Shown: positions 7,510 through 17,824 of the stretch, one piece after another
Layout of the letters: each line of letters opens with the position of its first letter
Numbering within the stretch: position 1 is the first letter of the stretch
Assembly: GCA_021804485.1 (NCBI GenBank)
Contig: JAJZHM010000001.1
Span: 1-52,361, forward strand
Length of the DNA stretch: 52,361 bases
Direction of reading: 5' to 3'
DNA from: Pseudomonadota bacterium
GTDB taxonomy: Bacteria; Pseudomonadota; Gammaproteobacteria; Pseudomonadales; Moraxellaceae
Made by a program: the position numbers and the translations under genes
Notes under the pieces: model-generated
What the model saw: the letters and a program-made list of their open reading frames with translations, nothing else
Told to the model about the DNA's origin: nothing
Databases searched by the model: none

Positions 7510-9576
7510 ATGACACACAAGACGTTCACTATGTTCGATCCACAGTTAGTACGACCTGCATTACTGGATGCATGCACTAAATTGAATCCCCGGGTGCAAT
7601 GGCACAATCCAGTGATGTTTGTCGTTTATGTTGGCAGTATCCTAACAACACTGATGTCGATCGAACAACCTACTTATTTTACCCTCTCGGTATCATTCTG
7701 GCTGTGGCTGACGGTACTATTTGCCAATTTTGCCGAAGCACTGGCTGAAGGGAGGAGCAAGGCGCAGGCAGCAAGCCTACGTGGCCTGAAAAGGATGGCC
7801 TTAGCCAAGCAACTTAAGAATCCATGGGTTCATGGAACGGCAGTTGAACAAATGCCTTGGGTTCCTCTTGAAGCTGACCGTTTAAGAAAGGGAGATGTCG
7901 TACTGATCGAGGTAGGGGATATCGTACCAGCCGATGGTGAAGTCATCGAAGGTGTGGCTTCAGTTGACGAAAGTGCAATCACGGGTGAGTCAGCCCCAGT
8001 GATACGTGAATCAGGTGGTGACTTTTCTGCCGTAACCGGGGGAACTCGTGTTCTGTCTGATTGGCTGGTGGCCCGCATTACCACCAACCCTGGAGAGACT
8101 TTTGTTGATCGTATGATTGCAATGGTTGAAAATGCCAAGCGGCAGAAAACGCCCAATGAAATTGCCCTGACGATCCTGCTGGTGGCATTAACAATTGTTT
8201 TCCTGGGAGTTGTAGTGACCTTATGGCCATTCTCCTGGTTTGAGGTGCACGCAACGGGAGTTGGGCATCCGGTGGGGATTGTGGCATTGGTCGCATTGCT
8301 GGTATGTCTGATCCCGACAACAATTGCTGGCCTTTTGTCCGCGATTGGTGTGGCTGGTATGAGTCGCATGATGCAGGCCAATGTGATTGCTACCTCAGGG
8401 CGAGCTGTTGAGGCTGCAGGTGATGTTGATGTGTTGCTGCTTGACAAGACAGGGACGATTACTTTGGGAAATCGGCAGGCTAGTGCCTTCATGCCGGCAC
8501 TTGGTGTTACTGAAGCAGAACTGGCAGATGCGGCCCAGTTGGCATCGTTGGCGGATGAAACTCCGGAGGGACGTAGTATTGTCGTGCTTGCCAAACAGTT
8601 ATTCAATCTTCGTGAACGCGATGCTCAGGCGCTGGGGGCTGAATTCATTCACTTCTCGGCACTAACTCGAATGAGTGGAGTTGATTTGCCACAGGGGAGG
8701 GGGATCAGAAAAGGTGCTGTTGATGCGATTCGTACTCATGTTGAGGCACTTGGAGGGCTCTTTCCCACAGCCTTACAGAGCATTGTGGACGAGGTTGCCA
8801 ATCGTGGAAGCACCCCGCTGGCGGTTGCTGATGGCAGAAAGGTTTTGGGTGTTGTCGAGTTGCGCGATATTGTCAAGGGAGGAATTAAGGAACGGTTTGC
8901 GGAACTACGGCGTATGGGCATCAAAACGGTGATGGTCACCGGTGATAACCGACTGACGGCTGCTGCTATAGCGGCCGAGGCTGGAGTCGACAATTTTCTT
9001 GCAGAAGCAACACCCGAAGCCAAGTTGCGCCTGATCCGGGAGCATCAGGCTGCCGGACGTTTGGTGGCGATGACGGGAGATGGTACGAATGATGCCCCGG
9101 CCCTGGCTCAGGCCGATGTTGCAGTGGCCATGAATACCGGTACACAGGCAGCAAAAGAGGCTGGAAACATGGTGGATCTGGATAGCAATCCCACCAAACT
9201 CATTGAAATTGTCGAAACAGGCAAACAAATGCTGATGACGCGTGGTTCCTTGACGACGTTCAGTATTGCTAATGATGTTGCCAAGTATTTTGCAATTATC
9301 CCTGCGGTATTTATCACTACGGACCCTCAGTTACAGGCTCTTAACGTCATGCATCTGACTAGCCCGTCGTCAGCCATCCTGAGTGCGGTGATTTTTAATG
9401 CACTCATTATTGTTGCCCTTATTCCTCTAGCATTGCGCGGAGTCCGATATCACGCAATTGGCGCAGCAGCATTGCTGCGACGCAATTTTCTAATTTACGG
9501 ACTGGGTGGGGTCGTGGTGCCCTTTCTTGGTATCAAACTCATTGACGTCGTTTTGTCCGTCAGTGGATTGGCGTGA
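7510..9576 (+). CDS. kdpB: K+-transporting P-type ATPase subunit B
   Basis: Motifs TGES, DKTGTIT, VTGDN and [10 protein letters not shown] are present, with KdpB-like length. Confidence 0.97.
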   Translation: MTHKTFTMFDPQLVRPALLDACTKLNPRVQWHNPVMFVVYVGSILTTLMSIEQPTYFTLSVSFWLWLTVLFANFAEALAEGRSKAQAASLRGLKRMALAKQLKNPWVHGTAVEQMPWVPLEADRLRKGDVVLIEVGDIVPADGEVIEGVASVDESAITGESAPVIRESGGDFSAVTGGTRVLSDWLVARITTNPGETFVDRMIAMVENAKRQKTPNEIALTILLVALTIVFLGVVVTLWPFSWFEVHATGVGHPVGIVALVALLVCLIPTTIAGLLSAIGVAGMSRMMQANVIATSGRAVEAAGDVDVLLLDKTGTITLGNRQASAFMPALGVTEAELADAAQLASLADETPEGRSIVVLAKQLFNLRERDAQALGAEFIHFSALTRMSGVDLPQGRGIRKGAVDAIRTHVEALGGLFPTALQSIVDEVANRGSTPLAVADGRKVLGVVELRDIVKGGIKERFAELRRMGIKTVMVTGDNRLTAAAIAAEAGVDNFLAEATPEAKLRLIREHQAAGRLVAMTGDGTNDAPALAQADVAVAMNTGTQAAKEAGNMVDLDSNPTKLIEIVETGKQMLMTRGSLTTFSIANDVAKYFAIIPAVFITTDPQLQALNVMHLTSPSSAILSAVIFNALIIVALIPLALRGVRYHAIGAAALLRRNFLIYGLGGVVVPFLGIKLIDVVLSVSGLA

Positions 9577-9597
9577 ATGCTTGTGGGAGAATTGCTC

Positions 9598-10209
9598 ATG
9601 AATATTGATTCAGCACTGCTGGTTTCAGAACGATCCATTTTCTGGCGTCCTTTAATTGGCCTGTTTTTTTCTCTTACTCTGGTAACTGGATTGCTTTATC
9701 CACTTGTTGTAACGGGCTTCGCAGCAGTGTTTTTCCCCGATCAGGCAGCGGGAAGTCTGGTTCGATATCAGGGACAGATGATAGGATCCCGTCTCATTGG
9801 GCAAAACTTTAAAGATCCAAAGTATTTCTGGGGAAGACTCTCGGCTACTTCTCCGATGAATGACAATGCCAGTGCGTCCAGTGGCTCAAACTACGGTCCT
9901 TTAAGTCCGGCACTGTTCACGACGGTACAGGGTCGCATTCAGGCGCTGCGTAGTGCTGATCCAGGTAATGATAAACCTGTTCCGGTTGATTTGGTAACGG
10001 CTTCGGCGAGTGGTCTGGATCCCGAAATCAGTCTGGCTGCAGCTGAGTACCAATTGAACAGAGTGGCAAGGGCACGTCATAAATTTCCTGCATGGGTTCA
10101 GCAACGTGTTGATGCCCAGTCTCATGGGGTTTGGGGAGGGTTTCTTGGCGAGCCCCGAGTGAATGTCCTTTTGCTTAACCTGTCACTGGATTCCGATCAA
10201 TCGCATTAG
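9598..10209 (+). CDS. kdpC: K+-transporting ATPase subunit C
   Basis: KdpC-like sequence ([32 protein letters not shown]). ATG 9598 has GGGAGA 7 nt upstream. An alternative ATG at 9577 abuts the kdpB stop. Confidence 0.9.
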   Translation: MNIDSALLVSERSIFWRPLIGLFFSLTLVTGLLYPLVVTGFAAVFFPDQAAGSLVRYQGQMIGSRLIGQNFKDPKYFWGRLSATSPMNDNASASSGSNYGPLSPALFTTVQGRIQALRSADPGNDKPVPVDLVTASASGLDPEISLAAAEYQLNRVARARHKFPAWVQQRVDAQSHGVWGGFLGEPRVNVLLLNLSLDSDQSH

Positions 10210-10229
10210 ATGCTCAGGAGTGATTGATC

Positions 10230-12950
10230 ATGCAGACAAAGCCAGCACCTGGTGAGCGTGTCGATCTGGATCGCCCGGATCCGGATCGATTGCTGGAACA
10301 AATTCACGCCGAGGCTGAAAAGGCACGGCGAGGACGACTGAAAATTTTTTTTGGGGCCTCTGCGGGTGTTGGAAAAACTTTTGCCATGTTGTCATCATCT
10401 TCTTTGCTTTTGCATCAGGGTGTACCTGTCGTGGCTGGAGTTATCGAGACCCATGGCCGGAATGATACCGAGCGCATGGCTCAAAATCTGGCACAGTTAC
10501 CCTTGCGTGAGGTTCATTACCGCGGACGGGTTCTCAAGGAGTTTGATCTACAGAAAGCACTGGAATTTGGTACATCCAGACCCGGTGCTCTGGTTTTGGT
10601 GGATGAGCTTGCCCACAGTAATGCACCGAATTCCCTGCATCCCAAACGTTGGCAGGATGTTGAAGATCTCCTCACAGCAGGGATTGATGTATGGACAACA
10701 ATGAACGTCCAGCATCTCGAAAGTCTCAATGATATTGTGAGTGGCATCACGGGTATTCGGGTCTGGGAGACAGTGCCTGACCGGATTTTCGATCAGGCAG
10801 ATGAAGTTATCGTTGTCGATTTGCCTCCTGATGAATTAATCGAACGTCTGCGCCAGGGCAAGGTCTATGTGGCACATCAGGCAGAGACAGCATCCCGGAA
10901 TTTTTTTCGTAAGGGTAATTTGCTGGCACTGCGCGAACTGGCATTGCGCCGTACTGCGGATCGGGTTGATGGTGAAATGCAGGCGTACCGTTTGCGATCG
11001 GCAGTAGCACCGGTATGGCCCAACCGGGAATCCATGCTGGCTTGTGTAGGACCGGGAATGCATGGCGAGAAGATTGTGCGTTCCTGTGCACGCATTGCGG
11101 CGCAGCTCGATGTACCTTGGCATGCCGTGTTTGTCGATGTTCCCGGGTCACATGCATCATCGGAGCGCGAAAAAGATCAGGTTCTGAATGTTCTGAAACT
11201 GGCCAGTGAACTGGGCGGGACCACGGCCACTGTGTCAGCGGTAAACGTGGCAACAGCGCTTGTACGCTATGCGCGTGAACATAATCTGTGCCGGGTTGTT
11301 ATTGGTCGCTCTTCCCGGCGTTGGCAGTGGCGCTGGCGCCGGACATTAAGTGATGCCATTGAAGCATGGGCTGATGATCTCGATGTTCTGCGTGTGGCCA
11401 TGCCACCGTCGACGCCGCCACGACGCAGTAATCAGGAAGAACCGGTACAACCTTCACAAGTTATCTGGGCAGACTATGCAGCAACGACCGGAATATGTGT
11501 CTTAACTGCAATGGCTGCCACCCCGTTGCTTGGGGTCATTTCACTGACCAATATTATCATGTTGTTTCTTTTGGCAGTTGTGGGTGTGGCCTTGCGCTAT
11601 GGGCGCGGACCCGCCATTTTGGCATCATTTGTTGGTGTGGGTCTTTTCGATTTCTTTTTTGTTCCACCACGGTTTTCGTTTGCTGTTGCGGATGTTCAGT
11701 ACCTGATGACTTTTCTTGTCATGCTGGCCGTGGCACTTGTCATTGGACAATTGACCGCAGGTTTGAAGGCACAGGCTGAATCGGCAACGGAACGGGAGCG
11801 CCGTGTCCGTGGATTGTATGAAATGTCGCGTGATCTCTCAGCGGCGCTCATGATGGAGCAGGTGGGCGATATTGCTGACCGATTTTTGCGGAGTGAGTTT
11901 GCTGTGAACAGTGCTCTTTTGGTGGCTGATGACGATGATCAACTGCAAATCATGCCTGGAGCTACGGCTCAGGTGGATATGGGAGTCGCGCAATGGGCAT
12001 TTCAGCGTGGAGAGGCGGCAGGAAGGGGAACTGATACACTCCCAGCCAGTTCCTGTCTGGTGTTGCCTCTCAAGGCGACCATGCGTTTGCGAGGAGTTCT
12101 GGCCATGGATTTGTCCACATCTTCACCGATCAGTTTGGAGCTTCGTCGAATTCTGGATACCTGCGCTTCATTACTGGCAATTTCGATAGAACGAATTCAC
12201 TATATTGATGTGGCACAGAAATCTACTGTACAGATCGAGTCTGAGCGTCTTCGGAATTCGCTGCTTTCTGCCATATCGCATGATTTGCGCACGCCGATTG
12301 CTTCCGTTGCTGGATTGGCTGAAACGATTAAGATAACCAAGCCTACACTCAGTACGCAGCAGCAGGAGTTGCTGGACCGCATTCGTTTGGCGGCCTTACG
12401 CATGAAATCCCTGGTTAATAACCTCCTCGATATGGCCCGACTGGAATCCGGAGCAGTTCGGCTGAACCGGCAGTGGCAACCCCTTGAAGAAGTTATTGGC
12501 AGCGCACTGGAGGCCTGTTCATCCATACTGGAGGGGCGCAATGTCCAGGTTCATCTGGCCGCAGACCTGCCTCTTCTGCAACTTGATGCAGTTTTGATGG
12601 AACGGGTATTTGTGAACCTTCTTGAAAACGCATGCAAATATACACCACCACTTACACCCGTTTCGATCACAGCAGAAACTGGCGCTGCTGAGGTGGTCAT
12701 CCTTGTTGATGATCAAGGGCCCGGCCTCCCTCTAGGCCGGGAAGAAACCATTTTTGAGAAGTTTGAACGGGGCAGCAAGGAGAGTGCTACTGCGGGTGTA
12801 GGTCTAGGACTTGCGATCTGCAGGGCTATCCTGCATGCTCATGCGGGCTCAATCCGTGGAATGAGCCGTGGACAAGGTGGAGCCCGATTCATATTGACAT
12901 TGCCTGCAGGTATTCCACCCTCTAGTGCTCTGGAACAAGTAGAACCATGA
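10230..12950 (+). CDS. kdpD: Sensor histidine kinase KdpD
   Basis: The N-terminal KdpD domain carries a P-loop (GASAGVGKTF). TM segments, the H-box SHDLRTPI and a C-terminal ATPase domain follow. ATG 10230 comes after CAGGAG. Confidence 0.95.
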   Translation: MQTKPAPGERVDLDRPDPDRLLEQIHAEAEKARRGRLKIFFGASAGVGKTFAMLSSSSLLLHQGVPVVAGVIETHGRNDTERMAQNLAQLPLREVHYRGRVLKEFDLQKALEFGTSRPGALVLVDELAHSNAPNSLHPKRWQDVEDLLTAGIDVWTTMNVQHLESLNDIVSGITGIRVWETVPDRIFDQADEVIVVDLPPDELIERLRQGKVYVAHQAETASRNFFRKGNLLALRELALRRTADRVDGEMQAYRLRSAVAPVWPNRESMLACVGPGMHGEKIVRSCARIAAQLDVPWHAVFVDVPGSHASSEREKDQVLNVLKLASELGGTTATVSAVNVATALVRYAREHNLCRVVIGRSSRRWQWRWRRTLSDAIEAWADDLDVLRVAMPPSTPPRRSNQEEPVQPSQVIWADYAATTGICVLTAMAATPLLGVISLTNIIMLFLLAVVGVALRYGRGPAILASFVGVGLFDFFFVPPRFSFAVADVQYLMTFLVMLAVALVIGQLTAGLKAQAESATERERRVRGLYEMSRDLSAALMMEQVGDIADRFLRSEFAVNSALLVADDDDQLQIMPGATAQVDMGVAQWAFQRGEAAGRGTDTLPASSCLVLPLKATMRLRGVLAMDLSTSSPISLELRRILDTCASLLAISIERIHYIDVAQKSTVQIESERLRNSLLSAISHDLRTPIASVAGLAETIKITKPTLSTQQQELLDRIRLAALRMKSLVNNLLDMARLESGAVRLNRQWQPLEEVIGSALEACSSILEGRNVQVHLAADLPLLQLDAVLMERVFVNLLENACKYTPPLTPVSITAETGAAEVVILVDDQGPGLPLGREETIFEKFERGSKESATAGVGLGLAICRAILHAHAGSIRGMSRGQGGARFILTLPAGIPPSSALEQVEP

Positions 12951-13645
12951 TCAATCCTGAAATAAAAACCAGAGTGCTGATTGTTGAAGATGAGAAAGAT
13001 ATCCGGCGTTTTATCCGAATGGCGCTTGAGGATATGGGATATGAAATCATGGAAGCTGACAATGTACGTAGAGCTTTGATTGAGGCTGCGTCTCGTCAAC
13101 CGGATTTGGTTGTTCTGGATCTAGGACTTCCTGATATGGATGGATTACATTTTCTAAAGGATTTTAGAAATTGGTCTGACAGGCCTGTTGTTGTTCTTTC
13201 CGCACGCAGTATGGAAGCAGACAAGGTTGAGGCACTTGACTCAGGTGCCGATGATTATCTGGTCAAACCCTTTGGTGTCAAAGAGCTTTTAGCCAGAGTA
13301 CGCGCACAACTAAGGCGTGGAGCACAGCAGAGTTCACCTATGGAAAATCAGTTGCAGTTTGGTGAAATTGCCATTGATTTGGGACGACGTGTGGTGGAAC
13401 GCAATGGAGCCTTCTTGCATCTGACACCCATTGAGTATCGCATACTGACATTTTTGGCTTCTCAGCCGGATCGGGTCATAACGTACCGGCAATTATTAAA
13501 GGGTGTGTGGGGACTGGCACACGGTGAGGATATCCACTATGTACGGGTACACATGGCCAATCTGCGCAAGAAGATCGAGGAAAAACCTTCACAACCACGC
13601 CACCTCATTACTGAAATTGGCGTCGGTTATCGATTTGTCTGTTGA
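12947..13645 (+). CDS. kdpE: OmpR-family response regulator KdpE
   Basis: A receiver domain (VVLDLGLPDMDG) is followed by a winged-helix domain (TEIGVGYRF). The start overlaps the kdpD stop (ATGA). Confidence 0.93.
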   Translation: MINPEIKTRVLIVEDEKDIRRFIRMALEDMGYEIMEADNVRRALIEAASRQPDLVVLDLGLPDMDGLHFLKDFRNWSDRPVVVLSARSMEADKVEALDSGADDYLVKPFGVKELLARVRAQLRRGAQQSSPMENQLQFGEIAIDLGRRVVERNGAFLHLTPIEYRILTFLASQPDRVITYRQLLKGVWGLAHGEDIHYVRVHMANLRKKIEEKPSQPRHLITEIGVGYRFVC

Positions 13646-13857
13646 TCAGTCCCGACGCACGTCACTCTGGAAAACGATACAGGTACAAGAATTGATCGGG
13701 TCATTTCTGAACATGCCTGTAGTCGATGATCCCATCGTATGACTACCCGCTGCTTCACTTTGTTTGAAATCCCTCTACTTTTCGTGATCCAAGTCAACAT
13801 GTATTCCATATGTAATTTATATGATCCTGCTGACCTATTGCGAGTCTGGAGGCTGTT

Positions 13858-15222
13858 ATGAGAAATGGAAAAATGTTTTTGCGAATGAGCCGGCATTTCC
13901 TGCTCGCTCTGGGTATGCTGGGCACAGCGGTTGCTGAGCCGGTGATTCAGGAACAGCTGGTTGCGCCACCCAATGTGCCTGCGCCCATCCATCGCTCTGA
14001 ATCAGCGGTGGTGGTCGTTCACTTGCGAACCCAGGAAAAAGTCATGGAGATTGCCGATGGCGTGCGCTATGACTTCTGGACCTTCAACGGCACGGTGCCA
14101 GGTCCGCTCATCCGGGTGCGGGAAGGGGATACGGTCGAACTTCATTTAGAAAATGATCCCCATGCTCATATGTCGCACAACATTGATCTTCATGCGGTGA
14201 TGGGGCCAGGAGGCGGGGCAGCAGTTACGGTTACTCCACCCGGTCATGAAAGCATTCTACGTTTCAAGGCCATGCGTGCGGGTCTGTTTGTCTATCACTG
14301 CGCAACTGCACCAGTGCCCATGCATATTGCCAACGGCATGTACGGGATGATTTTGGTCGAACCGGCGGAAGGTCTACCGAAAGCCGATGAAGAGTACTAC
14401 CTTATGCAGGGTGATTTTTACACGACTGGTGCCTATCATGATCCCGGCCTGCAGTCCTTTGATATGCAAAAACTGCTCGATGAACGACCCACCTATGTCC
14501 TGTTTAATGGTCGGGAGGGTTCATTGATCGGTTCTCAAGCACTCACGAGTCATACGGGTGATAAAGTCCGCCTTTATGTTGGCAATGGTGGTCCCAATCT
14601 GGTGTCCAGTTTTCATGTCATCGGACAGATCTTTGATTCGGTGGCGGTGGAAGCCGGCAGTGTCATCAATCACAATGTGCAGACCACACTGATACCTTCC
14701 GGTGGCGCTGATGTGGTGGAGATGAGTACCCTGGTTCCCGGAACATATCTGCTTGTCGATCATTCCATTACCCGGACTTTTATGAAAGGTGCTCTCGGTC
14801 AGTTGGTTGTTTCCGGGGCGGCTCGCACGGATCTTTATCAGGGCCATTCAGGAGCGCCTGAGTTCAAAGAATCAAAACTGGATCCCAATGACCCGATGGC
14901 CATTGGGCGCAAAGTCTTTACCCAGATCTGTTCGGCCTGTCACCAGAGTAATGCCATGGGTCTTCCCGGAGCTTTCCCTCCGCTGGCCATGTCGGATTTT
15001 CTGAACGCTTCACCGAAGCGTGCCATTGGTATTGTTCTGCATGGGCTGCATGGGAAAATCACCGTCAACAATACCGGCTATGAATCTCAGATGCCAGCAT
15101 TTGGCGGGCAACTGTCGGATCAGGAAATTGCTGGCGTTTTGACCTTTGTGCTTAATAACTTCAATAACCGGGGTGGTCAGGTTTCTGCGGATGAGGTTCA
15201 TGCGGTACGTACGGCCCCTTAG
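13858..15222 (+). CDS. nirK: Copper-containing nitrite reductase with a C-terminal cytochrome c domain
   Basis: Copper-ligand motifs HNIDLH and YHCATAPVPMHIANGM are present. The C-terminal roughly 100 aa carry a CSACH heme-binding site. There is an N-terminal signal peptide. GGAGG lies 5 nt upstream. Confidence 0.9.
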   Translation: MRNGKMFLRMSRHFLLALGMLGTAVAEPVIQEQLVAPPNVPAPIHRSESAVVVVHLRTQEKVMEIADGVRYDFWTFNGTVPGPLIRVREGDTVELHLENDPHAHMSHNIDLHAVMGPGGGAAVTVTPPGHESILRFKAMRAGLFVYHCATAPVPMHIANGMYGMILVEPAEGLPKADEEYYLMQGDFYTTGAYHDPGLQSFDMQKLLDERPTYVLFNGREGSLIGSQALTSHTGDKVRLYVGNGGPNLVSSFHVIGQIFDSVAVEAGSVINHNVQTTLIPSGGADVVEMSTLVPGTYLLVDHSITRTFMKGALGQLVVSGAARTDLYQGHSGAPEFKESKLDPNDPMAIGRKVFTQICSACHQSNAMGLPGAFPPLAMSDFLNASPKRAIGIVLHGLHGKITVNNTGYESQMPAFGGQLSDQEIAGVLTFVLNNFNNRGGQVSADEVHAVRTAP

Positions 15223-15982
15223 TGCCTTGCTCGGACTGATTGGCCTGCAGTGTGCTGCAGCACTACAGGCTGAGGAATCCGACTACCGATCTATTCCCGG
15301 TGGCACGCTGATTAGTGTGCTGGCCGCCCCCGATGGCTCAGCCGTGAGGCAGAAGATCAAGGCGTTGCGAATGCGACGATCGCTGGTTTCGGTTGCGGAT
15401 TTTGAAGCATTCGTGCAGTCGCATCCTTACTGGCAGAAAGGTCATGGTGCGCAGCTTTTGCAAGGTCCTGGGTACCTGCGATCCTGGTTGAGCCCTGACA
15501 AGGCCAGTAGTGGACTCAAGCATCAACAGATGATGCTGAATCCGGTCACTGAAGTCAGCTGGTATGCGGCTCGGGCCTATTGCCAGTCCGAAGGAGGACG
15601 TTTGCCTGAATGGTTTGAATGGGAGTACGTCGCGGCATCTGATGCCCGAAACGCCGATGCCCGTCATCAGCCTGGCTATGGCCAACGTCAGATTGATGCA
15701 CTTGCCACTGCCTCGAATACATCCGAGGCAGACGTCTATGGTGTCCGGCAAATGCATGGTGCATTATGGGAGTGGGTGGAGGATTATCAGGCACTGTTTG
15801 CACCCAGTGCGGATCCCCGCGATCCTGGTACCGGCAGTCAGCTTGGAACCTGTGGGGGAGCCGCACTTGCTTTTCGGGACCGAACTGACTTTACCATGAT
15901 GATGCGTATTGCTGCACTTTCTTCTTTATTGCCGGATCAAAGCTCTGCAGCGGTCTCCTTTCGGTGTGTGCGTGACGAATGA
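15191..15982 (+). CDS. nirV: NirV-like protein (formylglycine-generating-enzyme/SUMF1 domain)
   Basis: FGE-sulfatase-type motifs are present (VSWYAARAYCQSEGGRLPEWFEWEYVA, GALWEWVEDY). The signal peptide is MRYVRPLSALLGLIGLQCAAALQA. Start is ATG 15191 or 15200 and overlaps the nirK 3' end. Confidence 0.75.
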   Translation: MRFMRYVRPLSALLGLIGLQCAAALQAEESDYRSIPGGTLISVLAAPDGSAVRQKIKALRMRRSLVSVADFEAFVQSHPYWQKGHGAQLLQGPGYLRSWLSPDKASSGLKHQQMMLNPVTEVSWYAARAYCQSEGGRLPEWFEWEYVAASDARNADARHQPGYGQRQIDALATASNTSEADVYGVRQMHGALWEWVEDYQALFAPSADPRDPGTGSQLGTCGGAALAFRDRTDFTMMMRIAALSSLLPDQSSAAVSFRCVRDE

Positions 15983-16022
15983 TCAGGTTTACAGAGCGGG
16001 CAAAAGGTCCGGGAGGTCTGAG

Positions 16023-16568
16023 ATGAAATTCTTCACGGTAATGATTGGTATTGGAATGCTGCTCGTGATGGGTTGTGCGCAGGCGGATGGCAGCTTTTAT
16101 CAGTTGCCGGATGTACAGCTTCAGGATCAGGATGGCCACCAGTTCAGTCTGGCTTCTCTGGCCGGAACGCCAAGGCTGATCGGAATGTTTTACAGTTCTT
16201 GTACCGATATCTGTCCCTATGAAATAGAACAGGTTGATCAGTTTGAAAAGGCATTGCAGGAAGATCACCACGCTGTGTTACCAGCCATCCTGATCAGTAT
16301 GGATCCAGCCGATGGACTGGCTACCTTGCAGCAGGTGGCTGCAAAACACCATCTTTCCGGAACTTCACTGAGTCTGGTAAGGATTATCCAAGGGGATTTG
16401 GGCATGCTTGAAGGAGTCCTTGGTGTTCATGCCCGTTCTCTTGGCATGCATGCCTTTGCCCACGAGCCAGTGCTGACGTTGTTCGATGGCGACGGCCATG
16501 TTCGTGCACAGGTACAGGCTTCGGTCCTGAATCAGCCACAAGTGCGGGCCAGATTACTGCACGAGTGA
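16023..16568 (+). CDS. SCO1/SenC-family copper chaperone
   Basis: A lipoprotein-like signal (LLVMGCAQ) and a thioredoxin-fold CxxxC motif (SSCTDICP) are present. GGGAGG lies upstream of ATG 16023. Confidence 0.8.
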   Translation: MKFFTVMIGIGMLLVMGCAQADGSFYQLPDVQLQDQDGHQFSLASLAGTPRLIGMFYSSCTDICPYEIEQVDQFEKALQEDHHAVLPAILISMDPADGLATLQQVAAKHHLSGTSLSLVRIIQGDLGMLEGVLGVHARSLGMHAFAHEPVLTLFDGDGHVRAQVQASVLNQPQVRARLLHE

Positions 16569-16602
16569 ATTTGAAACTTTAACCCGCAATGGAGTGACTG
16601 TA

Positions 16603-17811
16603 ATGAATGATGGGCGTCCTTTGCTCAATGTACGCGATCCTCTTCATCCTCCACCTCAAGGCTGGCCGGTGTTGCGTCTGGGATTCCGACCCTTTTACTT
16701 ACTGGCTGCTGGATATGCGCTGCTGGCGATTCCATTTTGGGTGTTGCTTTACGCTGGATTTCCCTATCTGCACCCCCAAGAGCCTTTGCTCGCCTGGCAC
16801 GCTCATGAAATGGTCTTTGGTTTTGTGGTTGCGGTTATATGCGGTTTTCTGCTCACTGCTGTAAAAAACTGGACAGGATTACCCACTCCAAAAGGTTGGA
16901 CCCTGGGGCTGCTGGCAATCTTGTGGGTGCTGGCGCGTCTTGGGCCATGGCTGCTGCCTCTGCCACTGCTCGCCATACTTGATGTCGGTTTTGATCTTCT
17001 GGTTGCGCTGCTGCTCGGGCGAATTCTCTACAAGGCTAAAAGCCATCGTAATTTCTTTGTGCCGGTTGTATTGCTGCTGCTGGCTGCAGCCAATGCCATG
17101 TTCTATGCCTGCCTCATGAGAACGATTGGCATGAACTGGCTCCATCCTGTTCTGGTTGCTCTGGCACTGATCGTCTTTCTGGAAACTATGATCGCCGGTC
17201 GGGTCATTCCCATGTTCACCCGCAATGCGATCAAAGGAATTCATCAGTACCGACTGGAATGGCTGGAGCGTATTCTTCCTTGGGTCAGTATCGCAACCCT
17301 GCTGAGTTGGATTGTGATGCCCAAGGGAATATCTACGGCAGGACTGGCATTGCTCGCTGGCGGCCTCCATGCCGTGCGCTGGTGGGGGTGGGGGCCTTTG
17401 ACAACATGGAACAAACCAATGCTCTGGATCCTTCATGTGTCCTATGGATGGCTGATTCTTGGTTTTCTATTGCTTGCGCCCGCGGCACTTGGCTGGATAA
17501 GCCCCCTTGTGCTCATTCATGTCTGGGCGGTTGGTGCTACCGCCGGACTGATTATGGGTATGATCACCCGAACTGCCCAGGGACATACTGGACGATTTCT
17601 GCAGGCTGATCGTGAGGAAGTCGTTGCTTATTGGGCCATTATGCTGGCAGCTTTGTTGAGGATTCTACCCCTGCTTTTTCCCGTACTGCTGACACACTAT
17701 CTGCTTTGGTTGATTGCATCGGCAAGTTGCTGGTTTACCGGGTTTCTGGTGTATGAAATCCGCTATCTTCCTTGGCTGACTTCTTCCCGGATCGATGGGC
17801 AGGATGGATGA
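16603..17811 (+). CDS. nnrS: NnrS-family heme-copper membrane protein
   Basis: A polytopic membrane protein with the NnrS-type motifs FRPFYLLAA and HAHEMVFGF. GGAG lies 8 nt upstream of ATG 16603. Confidence 0.85.
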   Translation: MNDGRPLLNVRDPLHPPPQGWPVLRLGFRPFYLLAAGYALLAIPFWVLLYAGFPYLHPQEPLLAWHAHEMVFGFVVAVICGFLLTAVKNWTGLPTPKGWTLGLLAILWVLARLGPWLLPLPLLAILDVGFDLLVALLLGRILYKAKSHRNFFVPVVLLLLAAANAMFYACLMRTIGMNWLHPVLVALALIVFLETMIAGRVIPMFTRNAIKGIHQYRLEWLERILPWVSIATLLSWIVMPKGISTAGLALLAGGLHAVRWWGWGPLTTWNKPMLWILHVSYGWLILGFLLLAPAALGWISPLVLIHVWAVGATAGLIMGMITRTAQGHTGRFLQADREEVVAYWAIMLAALLRILPLLFPVLLTHYLLWLIASASCWFTGFLVYEIRYLPWLTSSRIDGQDG

Positions 17812-17824
17812 TCTGGATGGATCA

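Noticed and set aside
7830-8606. 258-aa antisense ORF inside kdpB
   Set aside because: It lies entirely within a confidently identified P-type ATPase gene. The Ser/Thr/Ala/Pro-rich low-complexity product is typical of a shadow frame.
13646-13857. FNR/DNR/NnrR box (TTGAT-N4-ATCAA) or a sigma54 promoter upstream of nirK
   Set aside because: Only poor half-sites are present (e.g. TTGATCGGGTCATT), and there is no TGGCA-N6-TTGC element. Nothing convincing beyond the weak NsrR-like match reported separately.
16879-17436. 185-aa antisense ORF within nnrS
   Set aside because: It is a shadow of a polytopic membrane protein gene, with an unusual Gln/Pro/His-rich composition.
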